Notes under the pieces: generated by a model
What the model saw: the letters and a program-made list of their open reading frames with translations, nothing else
Database searches by the model: none
Told to the model about the DNA's origin: nothing
Source of the DNA: Scyliorhinus canicula
Lineage: Eukaryota
Reading direction: 5' to 3'
Length of the DNA: 64,000 nt
NCBI RefSeq assembly: GCF_902713615.1
Contig: NC_052151.1
Coordinates: 201,837,703 to 201,901,702 of the forward strand
Made by a program: the position numbers and the translations under genes
In this document: positions 12,339 through 23,734 of the stretch, piece after piece
How positions within the stretch are numbered: position 1 is the stretch's first letter
How the letters are laid out: the number at the start of each line of letters is the position of its first letter

Positions 12339-14779
12339 TGTGGTGAATGTAACTTAGTAATTCACACTGTATTTACCAATACTATTGTAAGCGCAGTAGC
12401 GTTATCCAACCACTAGGGGGAGTAGCACTGGAATGCTCAGGAGATTGTACAGGGCTCCACACTTGGCTCCGCCTACGACCCCTCCCCCTACACTGCTGTA
12501 TAAATAACCGTGTCCAGAGCAGCCTGCAGATCATCGAGAGTTCAATGGGTAACAGGCTGGCTTTGTAGTAAGTAGATTAAAACCACTGTTCATATCTTAA
12601 AGCATGTGTCTCATGGATTGATGGTTCCATCAATTTAATCTACTTAAGAACAGTCAGGATGGATCATGGAATCAGTCCTCAAGCCTGGACGCCTGGAACT
12701 CGACCCACAGGATGCAGAGGCAAAATAAATCTTTTCCCACAGGCTGCGGTGCTTTAAGGCCTACCTGGCAGAAGCGAGCACAGCCGAAACAACAGAGGAA
12801 CAGAAGTTAAGTCTACTGCACGCGAGGGTGAGCCACAGAATCTCTACGCAACTAAACGCGGCCGGTTCATATACTGCAGCGCTAGCGATACTCGATAAGA
12901 TGTATGTAAGGCCCATTAACGAAGTTTACGCTCACCATGTGTTCACGACTCGCCGCCAGCGGCCTACAGAATCACTCGCTGAATTTTTAAGAGAGCTCAA
13001 TAACCTATCAAATGACTGTAACTATCAAGCGGTTACCGCGGCTGAACATAGAGAACTTGCTGTAAACGATGTTTTTGTAACGGGCCTCAGGTCTAATTAT
13101 GTGCGCCAACGACTGCTGGAAAGACTTAGAAACAACTGTGGAAGCTGCTACCACGATGGAGGTCTCCTTCCGCCGCCTCACCTCGGTCCCCGCGGACACC
13201 GCGACCCAATCATGGGCCCCCGACCAGCAACTCCCTCAGGCCTGTGCCACGCGGCCGCCCATCCACCATGCTGCCCCAGCCAGCCACCATGCTGCTCCAG
13301 CCAGCCACCATGCTGCCCCAGCCAGCCATTATGCTGCTCCAGCCAGCCACCATGCTGCCCCAGCCAGCCATTATGCTGCTCCAGCCAGCCACCATGCTGC
13401 CCCAGCCAGCCATTATGCTGCTCCAGCCAGCCACCATGCTGCCCCAGCCAGCCACTATGCTGCCCCAGCCAGCCACTATGCTGCTCCAGCCAGCCACTAT
13501 GCTGCCCCAGCCACTATGCTGCCCCAGCCAGCCACTATGCTGCTCCAGCCAGCCACTATGCTGCCCCAACCAGCCACTATGCTGCTCCAGCCAGCCACCA
13601 TGCTGCCCCAGCCAGCCACTATGCTGCCCCAGCCAGCCACTATGCTGCTCCAGCCAGCCACTATGCTGCCCCAGCCACCATGCTGCCCCAGCCAGCCACT
13701 ATGCTGCTCCAGCCAGCCACTATGCTGCCCCAGCCAGCCACTATGCTGCCCCAGCCAGCCACTATGCTGCCCCAGCCTGCCACTATGCTGCCCCAGCCAG
13801 CCACTATGCTGCTCCAGCCAGCCACCATGCTGCCCCAGCCAGCCACTATGCTGCCCCAGCCAGCCACTATGCTGCTCCAGCCAGCCACTATGCTGCTCCA
13901 GCCAGCCATTTCTGCGGCCAGAACCAGCACCCGCGGCAGCACTGCCCGGCCCGCAACGCGACCTAAAGGCCACTACGCGAGAGTGTGTCTCGCAAAAAGG
14001 GCCACAGCTTCCAACTCCCCAGCGGCACAAAGTAATCGCTCCCCACACCCACAGGCCCACGGGGCCCGAAACTCTGCGGCCTATGCCCCGATCCCGCCCC
14101 CTCCCGCCACATGCGATCCATGGGGGCCGCTATCTTGGCAAACCTCCACCACGCGGCCGGCCACGTGCGACTCATGGGGCCGCCACCTTGGATGCCATCT
14201 TCCTCGCCGCCCGCCACGTGCGAACCACGGGCCTGACCTGCATCTCCACGCTCGGACAACTCATCGTAACAGTACGACTATGAACTCAGAGGGCAGTCAT
14301 CATGGGGCCACACCAGCACAGCTGATCGAGCCGCTGACTACGCGCAACTCAGCGCAGTCACTCTGGACCAATCGCGCCCGAAGCATCTGCGAAATTTGAT
14401 GGCAGAGGTCCAAATTAACGGGTACAACACGCCATGCCTTTTCGACTCCGGGAGTACTGAGAGCTTCATACACCCAGGGTGAATGTGCTGAATGTAGCTT
14501 AGTAATTCACACTGTATTTACCAATACTATTGTAAGCGCAGTAGCGTTATCCGATCACTAGGGGGGGTAGCTCTGGGAATGCTCAGGAGTTTGTACAGGG
14601 CTCCACCCTTGGTTCCACCCACGACTCCTCCCCCTAGACTGCTGTATAAATAACCGTGTCCAGAGCCAGCCTGCAGATCATCGAAAGTTCAATGGGTAAC
14701 AGGCTGGCTCTGTAGTAATTAGATTAAAACCACTGTTCATATCTTAAAGCACGTGTCTCGTGAATTGATGGTTCCATCA
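12339..14779 (+). mobile_element. Internally deleted Gypsy element nested in the host gag
   Basis: LTRs 12339-12632 and 14484-14779, TSD ATCAT (12334-12338 and 14780-14784); gag with zinc-knuckle remnant (FCGQNQHPRQHCPAR) and start of protease (LFDSGSTESFIHP); no RT or integrase. Confidence 0.92.
13262..13912 (+). repeat. 21-bp minisatellite (about 31 units) inside gag
   Basis: Unit GCTGCCCCAGCCAGCCACTAT with occasional 17-bp units; reads AAPASHY / MLPQPAT / CCPSQPL. Confidence 0.95.
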
Positions 14780-16142
14780 ATCATGAATTATTGAGTCATT
14801 TAGTGCAGAAAAATTGCAGGATTGAGCTAACAGTTTAAGGTCAGTGAAAAAGCTGTTTAAAGTTTCCTCTTTCCCATGCATCCTTTTTTTTTAAAGATGT
14901 AGCGCTCAAATATTTCATTTGTCTGTACTTTACAGTGGCTATCAAATTTCTCAAGGATGGTCTCATACATAGTTTTATCTTGACCTTCTGAGTAGTTAAA
15001 TGAGTTGTAGATCTCTATCCCATGCAGACCAACCATAGTCAATAAAGAGCAATTTTACGAGCATCTGCCGCACTTTTTAAATCAGACGCTTCTAAATACA
15101 GTTGGAATTGTTGTCTAAACAGCCACCACTTAACATTAAGGTTACCGATTGTCCTAAGGTGACGAGGAGCTTGTGGTCTGTCCATCGTGCCGGCATCATC
15201 AGGTTTTGTTTTCCGAAGGCGATGCTTCTGTTGCCGAATAGCTGTCTATTCTTCTCTCTGTTCTCGCTAAATTTGACTAGGTAGATTCAGTAGCCACTCT
15301 GGTACCATGTTATATTACTGGGTTTCAGTAATATATGTCGTTACTAACTGTAGATGATGTTGAAGAACACTTGAGTCTTCAAAATAAACTGAAAGAATTT
15401 ATTGAGTAACGATAAAACTACTAAATGAGTTTGACACTCCACTGAACTAACTCAAGCAATAAATATGGCTAAATAACTGTACAAACTGTATCTAAGCTAC
15501 ACATGGTGTCTAGGCTGTGATCTTACTCTGCTGCACTGCTGCTATCTGATAACTTCTCCATGGAAAGAGAGCTGTAGCTTCTGGGGGCTCAGTTATGTAG
15601 GGGCTATTTTAATGCCCTCGAGTGGTTCCAATGTGCTGGTCTGGGAATGCCAACATGCCAGGTGTCAGCGAGGGTACCACCCTACCCAGAGTCCAACTAC
15701 CCAGGGGTTTGTACTGAGCCTGGGCGACCCTCCCCTCCCCCAGGTACCATTACACCTGGCCCATGTTATAAAAAAACGTTCCTGGTTAATTCCCGGGCTC
15801 CAGGAGAAGACAGCGCAGAAATATTTAAATGAGCCTGAAGGCTTACTTAAATATGCTAATATTAATCCAGATCTTGACATCTCATGAGAATCTTACGGGC
15901 CATTTAGTGTATCGGGAATCTCGTGAGTGGCCCCTCGTGAGATTAAACAACCTCATCATGCCACCAAGTCGGGTGCAACAAGTCCATTAATTCACACCCA
16001 TAGTCAGGAACAGAGGCTGCTGTGGGGAGAGGGGTTACTGAATAACAGAGTGAGGGAGCTGGATGGAGAATGGAATGTGTGCTGCTGTCTCTCTGTTTGA
16101 AGATCACATTGTCATTGGAAAATCTATCTTTCCCTTTTGCAG

Positions 16143-16268
16143 AGCCAGTAACATTCCAGTATGAAACTTTGCTCTATATACTGTTGGTCTTCGTCCTCAT
16201 ACTCTCCTGCCTACTGATTATCTTGTGCAAACGAGCTTCAAGAAAGAAAAGGGACTTGACGTTAGGAG
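16143..16268 (+). CDS. Gene A exon 4: stalk, transmembrane and juxtamembrane
   Basis: Acceptor tttcccttttgcag ends 16142. (E)PVTFQYETLLYILLVFVLILSCLLIILCKRASRKKRDLTLG is a ~21-aa uncharged hydrophobic run followed by a basic stop-transfer. It ends at AG|GCAAGT (GC donor) in phase 1, matching both neighbouring exons. Confidence 0.82.
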
Positions 16269-16454
16269 GCAAGTTTTGTGAACGCATCCCTGTGTATGAG
16301 GGACTCATAGTACTGAGGTGATGTAATTGTGCCTGTGGACTGGGTGAGCGTTAAAGAATGGAGACTGATTCAGGGATAGTACTGAGGTGAAAGAGTGGGA
16401 ATGCGGACAGTGGGAAGAATTGATGGGAAGGGTGAGTGTGTGGGAGTGCTGGGG

Positions 16455-18110
16455 AAGGGTCTGGTCTGAGAGGAAGGGCCTGGTGTGAGGGAGGCGGGAG
16501 TAAGGGGAAAGGCCTGGTGTGAGGGGGGGCGGGAGAGAGGAGGAGGCCCTGGTGTAAGGGGGTGGGAGTCTGGGGAAAGGCCTGGGTGTGAGGGGGTGGG
16601 AGTCTGGGGAAGGGCCTGGGTGTGAGGGTGTGGGAGAAAGGAGGGCTTGGTGTGACGGGGCGGGAGTCTGGGGAAGGGCCTGGGTGTGAGGGGGTGGAAG
16701 AGAGGAGGAGGGCCTGGTGTGAGGGTGTGGGAGTCTGGGGAAGGGCCTGGGTGTGAGGGGGTGGGAGTCTGGGGAAGGGCCTGGTGTGAGGGGGTGGGAG
16801 TCTGGGGAAGGGCCTGGGTGTGAGGGGGCGGGAGTCTGGAGAAGGGCCTGGTGTGAGGGGGCGGGAGTCTGGGGAAGGGCCTGGTGTGAGGGGGCGGAAG
16901 TGAGGGGAAGGGCTTGGTGTGAGGGGGTGGGAGTCTGGGGAAGGGCCTGGTGTGAGGGGGCGGGAGTCTGTGGAAGGGCCTGGTGTGAGGGGGTGGGAGT
17001 CTGGGGAAGGGCCTCGTGTGAGGGGCCGGGAGTGAAGGGAAGGGCCGGGTGTGAGGGGGCCGGGAGTGAAGGGAAGGGCCGGGTGTGAGGGGGCGGGGTC
17101 TGGGGAAGGGCCTGGTGTGAGGGGGCGGGAGTCTGTGGAAGGGCCTGGTGTGAGGGGGTGGGAGTCTGGGGAAGGGCCTCGTGTGAGGGGCCGGGAGTGA
17201 AGGGAGAGGCCTGGTGTGCGGGGCCGGGAGTGAAGGGAGAGGCCTGGTGTGAGGGGGCGGGGTCTGGGGAAGGGCCTGGTATGAGGGGGCGGGAGTGAAG
17301 GGAAGGGCCTGGTGTGAGGGGGTAGGAGTCTGGGGAAGGGCCTTGTGTGAGGGGGCGGGAGTGAAGGGAAGGGCCTGGTGTGAGGGGGTGGGAATCTGGG
17401 GAAGGGCCTTGTGTGAGGGGGCGGGAGTGAATGGAAGGGCCTGGTGTGAGGGGGTGGGAGTCTGGGGAAGGGCCTGGTGTGAGGGGACGGGAGAGAGGAG
17501 GAGGGCCTGGTGTGAGGGGCCGGGAGTCTGGGGAAGGGCCTGGTGTGAGGGGGCGGGAGTCTGGGGAAGGACCTGGTGTGAGGGGGCGGGAGTCTGGGGA
17601 AGGGCTTGGTGTGAGGGGGCGGGAGTCTGGGGAAGGGCCTGGTGTGAGGGCGCGGGAGTGAAGAGAAGGGCCTGGTGTGAGGGGGCGGGAGTCTGGGGAA
17701 GGGCCTGGTGTGAGGGGACGGGAGAGAGGAGGAGGGCCTGGTGTGAGGGGCCGGGAGTCTGGGGAAGGGCCTGGTGTGAGGGGGCGGGAGTCTGGGGAAG
17801 GACCTGGTGTGAGGGGGCGGGAGTCTGGGGAAGGGCTTGGTGTGAGGGGGCGGGAGTCTGGGGAAGGGCCTGGTGTGAGGGCGCGGGAGTGAAGGGAAGG
17901 GCCTGGTGTGAGGGGGCGGGAGTCTGGGGAAGGGCCGGTGTGAGGGGGCGTGAGTCTGGGGAAGGGCCTGGTGTGAGGGGGCGGGAGTCTGGGGAAGGGC
18001 CTGGTGTGAGGGGAAGGGCCTGGTGTGAGGGGGCGGGAGTCTGGGGAAGGGCCTGGTGTGAGGGGGAGGGAGTGAAGGGAAGAGCCTGGTGTGAGGGGAG
18101 GGGACAGCAG
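16455..18110 (+). repeat. 33-bp G-rich minisatellite (about 50 units), gene A intron 4
   Basis: Unit GGGCCTGGTGTGAGGGGGCGGGAGTCTGGGGAA; period measured from 17521 to 17554; higher-order duplications of 165 and 231 bp. Confidence 0.95.
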
Positions 18111-18309
18111 TGAGGGAAAGAAGTTGGTGTAAGCAGATGGCAGTGAGGGGTGGGAACAGCAGTGGGGGGGGGCAGGAGTGAGGGGACTGAGGGGTGAGCT
18201 GGGAGATGTGGCACAGAGGAGACTGGGACTGGGAAAGAGGGGTCTGTATAATGGGGTTACATTGACAAACCCCATGTCATTCACTGTTGTCTATTCTTCC
18301 CTTTCAAAG

Positions 18310-18428
18310 ATTCGAATAAGCCGGGAAAAGAGCAGGAATGCGCCTGCGAGCCACAGACCATTTATGCTTTGGTGCAGCCAATGAAGAAACATCAAGAGAC
18401 ACGCCCTCCCCCAGAAGGAAATGAGATG
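18310..18428 (+). CDS. Gene A exon 5: cytoplasmic, ITSM 1 (TIYALV)
   Basis: Acceptor ctattcttccctttcaaag ends 18309, donor ATG|GTAAAG at 18429; phase 1-0. (D)SNKPGKEQECACEPQTIYALVQPMKKHQETRPPPEGNEM. Confidence 0.82.
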
Positions 18429-18879
18429 GTAAAGGGAAATGGGACACACATTTCTCCCCCAGAGACTCTACATTCCCTGAATCACTGATTCCCTCTCAAT
18501 CTCCTGATAATCTTCTCATCCGTTCCTGAACTGCTGTACTGAGTCCTTCAAACACGCACAGTAAGATCCCAGCATTCAATGAAGGCACCAGCTGCCTCAT
18601 TTTTCAAAGTGACCTCCACCAGTGAGAATGGCGATGGCAGAGGTTGCGTGGAAATACCAAAACTCTCTGAGGCGGACACACATCACCCCGATCAGGATGG
18701 CCATTGACAGTTCATTCACTGACACTGGGCCAAACATCATCCTAAACAGCATTGAGGGATGTTCAATGCCATTATCTTCACTGAAATCCCCGCCCCCCCC
18801 CCCCCCCTCACCCCTCACCCTGGGGGCTACCATTGACCAGAAACTTGGCTAGCCATATTAATACTGTGGCTACAAGAGC

Positions 18880-19325
18880 AGGTCAGAGGCTCGGAATCCT
18901 GTGGCGAGTAACTCACCTCCTGACTCCCCAAAGAGCATTCTAACCCTCCACCACCGGCGCACAGTGGCAGCCGTGTGTGCCATTACAAGATTCACGGTAG
19001 GAACTCGCCAAAGTTCCTTAGACGCCACCTTCCAAACCCATGACCACGAACATAAAGAAAGACAAGGGCAGCAGATACCTGGGAACCCCACCACCTGGAG
19101 GTTCCCCTCCAAGTCACTCACCGTCCTGACTGGGAAATATATCGGCCGTTCCTTCACTGTCGCTGGGGCAACATTGGAACTCCCTCCCGAACAGCACCGT
19201 GGGTGTACCTACACCTCAGGGACTGCAGCCGTTCAAGATGGCGGCTCACCACCACCTTCTGAAGGGCAATTAGAGACAGACAATAAATTCTGGCCTTGTC
19301 AGTGATGCCCACATCCCATCCCATA
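18880..19325 (+). mobile_element. 3' fragment of a CR1/L2-superclade LINE
   Basis: LHHRRTVAAVCAITR..YIGRSFTVAGATLELPP and tail CTGGCCTTGTCAGTGATGCCCACATCCC; related pieces at about 21130-21520, 22500-22570, 25200-25635 (+) and 58775-59460 (-). Confidence 0.7.
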
Positions 19326-19379
19326 AAAAACAGAATCTTTCTTTCTTTCACTGATCAGACTTTTCTACTTGTTCTGTAG

Positions 19380-19475
19380 GTAGCGACGGAGACTGAGACA
19401 CCATTCACAGTCTACGATACGGTCAAGAACCCTGGAGTCCCAGTTTCTCAACTGCCTGATCAACAATGTGATTAA
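19380..19475 (+). CDS. Gene A exon 6: cytoplasmic, ITSM 2 (TVYDTV) and stop
   Basis: Acceptor ttttctacttgttctgtag ends 19379; phase 0, matching exon 5. VATETETPFTVYDTVKNPGVPVSQLPDQQCD*, TAA at 19473-19475. Confidence 0.82.
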   Translation, partial: VATETETPFTVYDTVKNPGVPVSQLPDQQCD

Positions 19476-19827
19476 ATTCTGGGCCTGTTCACACCAGGAT
19501 AGGCTTAGATTTCAGCCTGGTCTGAACTGTGTGAGCTGAACCCAGCCTGGCTCCACAGCAGGTTCCGATTAAGCTTTGTTCCAAATCGCAGAAGATACCA
19601 TTTGACTCATCTAATCTGTGCTGGATTCTTTTTTGTAAACTTATCTTTTAAGGTCTTTGAATTTGAATTTGCTTGACATACTCACACTGCCATCGTTCTT
19701 ACACGAAACCCACCACCGGGTGGGGGGGGGGGGGGGGTCACCTTCGGTGGGACCGGAAGATCCTGCTGGCGGGAATGACTGGAAAATCTTGCCCATTGCA
19801 ATGAAACGTGTGCTTAAGAGAGAAAGA

Positions 19828-21135
19828 CAGGGCAGCACGGTGGCGCAGTGGGTCAGCCCTGCTTCCTCACGGCGCCAAAGTCCCAGGTTCGATCCCGGCT
19901 CTGGGTCACTGTCTGTGTGGAGTTTGCACATTCACCCCGTGTTTGCGTGGGTTTCGCCCCCACAACCCAAAGATGTGCAGGGTAGCTGGATTGGGCACGC
20001 TAAATTGCCCCTTAATTGGAAAAAAAATGAATTGGGTACTCTAAATTTGAAGAAAAAAAGGAGAGAGAAAGACAGAGAATACAGATATCTTTACATTTAT
20101 TTTAATGAGCAATAAAGAATGTAAGTAGACAAGGAATAGGAATAGGAGTAAACCACATGGCCTCCTCAAGCCTGCTGCACCATTCCATATCACATGGCTG
20201 ATTGTCTACCTCAAATCCAGCCAGTCTCTTGATTCTCTGAGAGACCAAGAATCACTTTGTCTCAGCCTTAAATATGTTCAAGGGTGGAGTGTCCATAGCT
20301 CCCTGGGGTCAAGGAACCCAAAGATTCATAACCCTCTGAGTAAGGAAGTTTCCTTTCATCACAGACCTAAATCTCCTTTGAGACTGTTTCAAGATTAAGA
20401 TAAATAGTTTTTTGAAGAATAAAGGGATTAAGGGTTATTGTGTTCAGGCGGGAAAGTGGAGCTGAGTCCACAAAAGATCAGCCTTGATCTCATTGAATGG
20501 AGGAGCAGACTCGTAGGACCAAATGGCCTACTCCTGCTCCTAGTTCTTGTTCTTATGTCTCACCATTCTATATTCCCCAGCCAGGGAGAAACAGTAAGAA
20601 GTCTTACAACACCAGGTTAAAGTCCAACAGGTTTGTTTCAAACATTAGTACGGCAGTACGGTAGCATTGTGGATAGCACAATCGCTTCACAGCTCCAGGG
20701 TCCCAGGTTCGATTCCGGCTTGGGTCACTATCTGTGCGGAGTCTGCACATCCTCCCCGTGTTTGCGTGGGTTTCCTCCGGGTGCTCCGGTTTCCTCCCAC
20801 AGTGCTCACCCCAGTCCAACGCCGGCATCTCCAAATCATGGGAGAAACAGCTTCACAGTGTCAATCCCCTTCAGGATCTCAGTGAATGGTATTGTCAATG
20901 GGCTAGTAATCCAGAGGGCCAAGCTAATGCTCTGGGGAACCCGGTTCAAATCCCACCACAGGGACCGCTGAATTTCAATTCAAATAATAAAAATCTAAAT
21001 ATTAAAACTCTAACAACGATCACAAAGTCATTGTCGATTGTCACAAAAAACCATCTGCAGTCCTTCCCTGGTCTGGCCTACTTGTGACTCCAGATCCACA
21101 GGAATGTAGTTGACTCTTAAATGCCCTCTGAAATG
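19828..21135 (+). mobile_element. SINE cluster (19828-20060, 20655-20812, 20870-21135)
   Basis: Two HE1-like copies and a second tRNA-SINE family (GGTTCAAATCCCACC); the latter also occurs at about 22010-22280 (-) and 57610-57770 (+). Confidence 0.75.
20111..20116 (+). terminator. Candidate poly(A) signal of gene A
   Basis: First AATAAA I found downstream of the stop codon (about 640 nt); position only, no transcript evidence. Confidence 0.35.
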
Positions 21136-22630
21136 GCCCATCTTCACCTGCCTGCCTGCTGCTGATACATGTATCCATGATGGTATCAGTAGAAGGGACC
21201 ACCGCACAGTCCTTGTGGAGACAAAGTCACATCTTCTCATTGCGGATACCCTCCATCGTGTTGTGTGGCGCTTCCGTTTTGCTCAATGGAATAGACTTTG
21301 AACAGATCTGGCAACTCCAGACTGGGCATCCATGAGACTCTGTGAACCATCAGCATCAGCAGAATTGCACTCAGCCACAATCTGCAGCCTCACAGCCTGG
21401 CATATCCCCCACTCTTCCGTTACCCTCAAGCCAAGGGATCAACCCTGGTTCAATGAAGTGGGTAGGAGGGTATGCCAGGAGCAGCGTCAGGTAGACCTAA
21501 AAATGAGGTGTCACTTTGGTGCATTCCTTTTTGCTCCCCTCACCTGAATGTTTCTGTAGCACAGTGCCATGGTCAGATAGTTCACCCACCTTGCAGCCTC
21601 CACTCCCTCAAACCTGTTAGACCATTCTAAAGGCCGAGGCTTCTGCCGTCTTGAGTCCCCTTACCTGCCTCACTCGCAGTCATGCTCTCCTCTCCCTGAC
21701 TAATGACCAAATCAGAAAACCCTGTCTTAAGAGATGCGACTGCCTCGTGGTATAAAGAGTCCAGGTAACTTCCCCTTCCTGATGTGTCACAGCATCTGCA
21801 GCTCAGGCTCCAGTGCCTGAACTCTGAGCCGAAGAAGCTCCTCGAACTTCAAACCCTGACTGCAGACTTGTCTGTCCTGGATCAGACTGCCTCCCACTGG
21901 TTACAGCTGTGATACATCACCTGTCCCTTTGTTCTATTCGTTCGTGGAGAGTGGGCGTTGCTGGCGAGGCCAGCATTTATAGAACCTATTTGCCCTAGAA
22001 CTGAGTGGATTGCTAGCCCATTTCAGAGGGTAGTGAAGAGTCAACCACATTGCTGTGGCTCTGGAGTCACATGTAGGCCAGACCAGGTAAGGACGACAGA
22101 TTCCCTTCCCTTAGTGAACCAGATGGGTTTTTACCACAATGGTTTAATGTTCGGCATTAGACCTTTAATTCCAGATTTTTACTGATTTAAAATGTCACCA
22201 TCTGCCATGGTGGATTCAAACCCTAACCCCAGAGCATTACCCTGGTTCTTTGGATTACTTGTCCAGCAACAATACCATTACGCCACTGCCTTCCAAGGGG
22301 TGATTCCCATCTTGCCATTCTTAATGTGTTCTAATTAACTATCTCATTATTTTTATTCAATGAGATATTTTGCTTTTATTTTTATTAATTTTATTAACCT
22401 TATCGCGAGTTCCTAGATTATTTTGAATGTTGGGAATATAATAAGTCTTCGTTAATTCCAAGTTAATCAACAAATAACTAGAAGTTCTAACAAGGCACAA
22501 GTCACGTGGGTGATGGAATACTGCCCACTTGCCTGGGTGAGTGCAGCTCCAACAAAACGCAAGAAGCTTGTGTCAGGAAATAGAGGTAGTTTTACTTCAT
22601 TAATATTTGTTTTGTGGGTATCAGAAATAA

Positions 22631-23280
22631 GGGCCGGGATTCTCTCCTACCCGGGGGGGGGGGGGGGGGGGTCCCGGCGTGTTGGAGTGGCGTGAACCAC
22701 TCCGGCGTCGGGCACCTTTAGGGGCCCAGCCCTAACATTGAGGGGCTAGACCCGCCCCGGAGTGGTTCCCGCTCCGCCGACTGGCGTGAACAGCCTTTGG
22801 CGCCATGCCAGCCGGGGCCGAAAGGACTTCGCCGGCCGGCGTAGGTCCGCGCATGCGCCGGAGCGTCAGCGGCTGCTGACATCATCGCGGCGCATACGCA
22901 GGGGAGGGGGTCTCTTCTGCCTCCGCCATGGTAAAGACCATGGCGAAGGCGGAAGAAAAGGGTTATGGGCCAGGCCACTGTGGGGGCACCCCCCTGGGGT
23001 CAGATCGCCCCGCGCCCCTCCCAGGACCCTGGCGCCCGCGCCGCCAATCCTGCCGGTCAGGTAGGTGTTTTGATTCCCGCTGGCAGGAGAGGCCTGACAG
23101 AGGCGGGACTTAGGCCCATTGCGGGCCGGAGAATCGCCGCGGGGGGCCAGCCGACCGGCGCGGCGGAATTCCCGCCCCCGCCGAATCTCGGGTGGCGGAG
23201 AATTCATGACACGGCGGGGGCGGGATTGATGCCAGCCCAGGCAATTCTCCAACCTGCCGGGGGGGTCGGTGAATCCCGCT
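22631..23280. mobile_element. GC-rich MITE (Harbinger-like)
   Basis: TIR GGGCCGGGATTCTC..GAATCCCGC and internal GCGCATGCGC palindrome; an inverted sister copy lies at 35764-36485. Confidence 0.7.
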
Positions 23281-23734
23281 GCATGTGTGGCTTTAAGTTT
23301 AAGTTTAATTTGTGTTTCTGTATTTGTAAGCTAAGAAAGGATCTAAACCAAAAAAAGAGAGGATTGAAACTTCAGTTTAGCTTCATGTTAAAATATGTTC
23401 CTGCCAGTCTGTAGTTTGGTTCAGATGCCTGCATTGAATTGATGGTTTTACAACTTTAAAGCCAATAGGGTTAAATCAAAACCAGGCCATTGACAAGCAA
23501 GCAGAGACCACACAACCAGAGGCCGTGCTAAGACAGAAGTAGCTGTTGACTTAGTTGTAGGCTAGTGCCAGGAGCAGCCAGACATAGGACAGGGAACTGC
23601 AGACAGCTGATCTCCCAAAAGAATGAAAGAAAGTCCTAGAATTCCCAGGGGATGGGACAAAGGAATATCTCAGGAAGATGATTAAGTAATGAAACAAGGA
23701 AGAGAAATCTGAGCAAGGTCCTGTTCAGGGAAAT

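Larger units (their letters stand above)
9998..15754 (-). mobile_element. Gypsy LTR retrotransposon (host), 3'-truncated, split by a nested element
   Basis: 5' LTR 15308-15754 (TG..CA); PBS TGGTACCAGAG at 15297-15307, resembling a tRNA-Met primer site; gag pieces at 14857-15042 and 12064-12327; protease (KFKLDTGASAN), RT (LRICIDPKDLNK) and RNase H (ETDHRPLV..RLQRILLKL), with frameshifts. Confidence 0.88.

Noticed and set aside
12828-14399. 523-aa Cys/His-rich ORF resembling a keratin-associated or metal-binding protein
   Set aside because: It is Gypsy gag read through a frameshifting 21-bp minisatellite, bounded by LTRs and a TSD.
16305-18284. 659-aa and 614-aa Pro-rich minus-strand ORFs, and Gly/Trp-rich plus-strand ORFs
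   Set aside because: They are translations of a 33-bp (11-codon) minisatellite in gene A intron 4 that lacks stop codons by composition.
19384-19475. Alternative acceptor (TAG|GTAG) allowing direct TM-to-last-exon splicing in phase 1
   Set aside because: It is frame-compatible and would skip ITSM 1, but the upstream AG has the polypyrimidine tract and there is no evidence of use; noted only.
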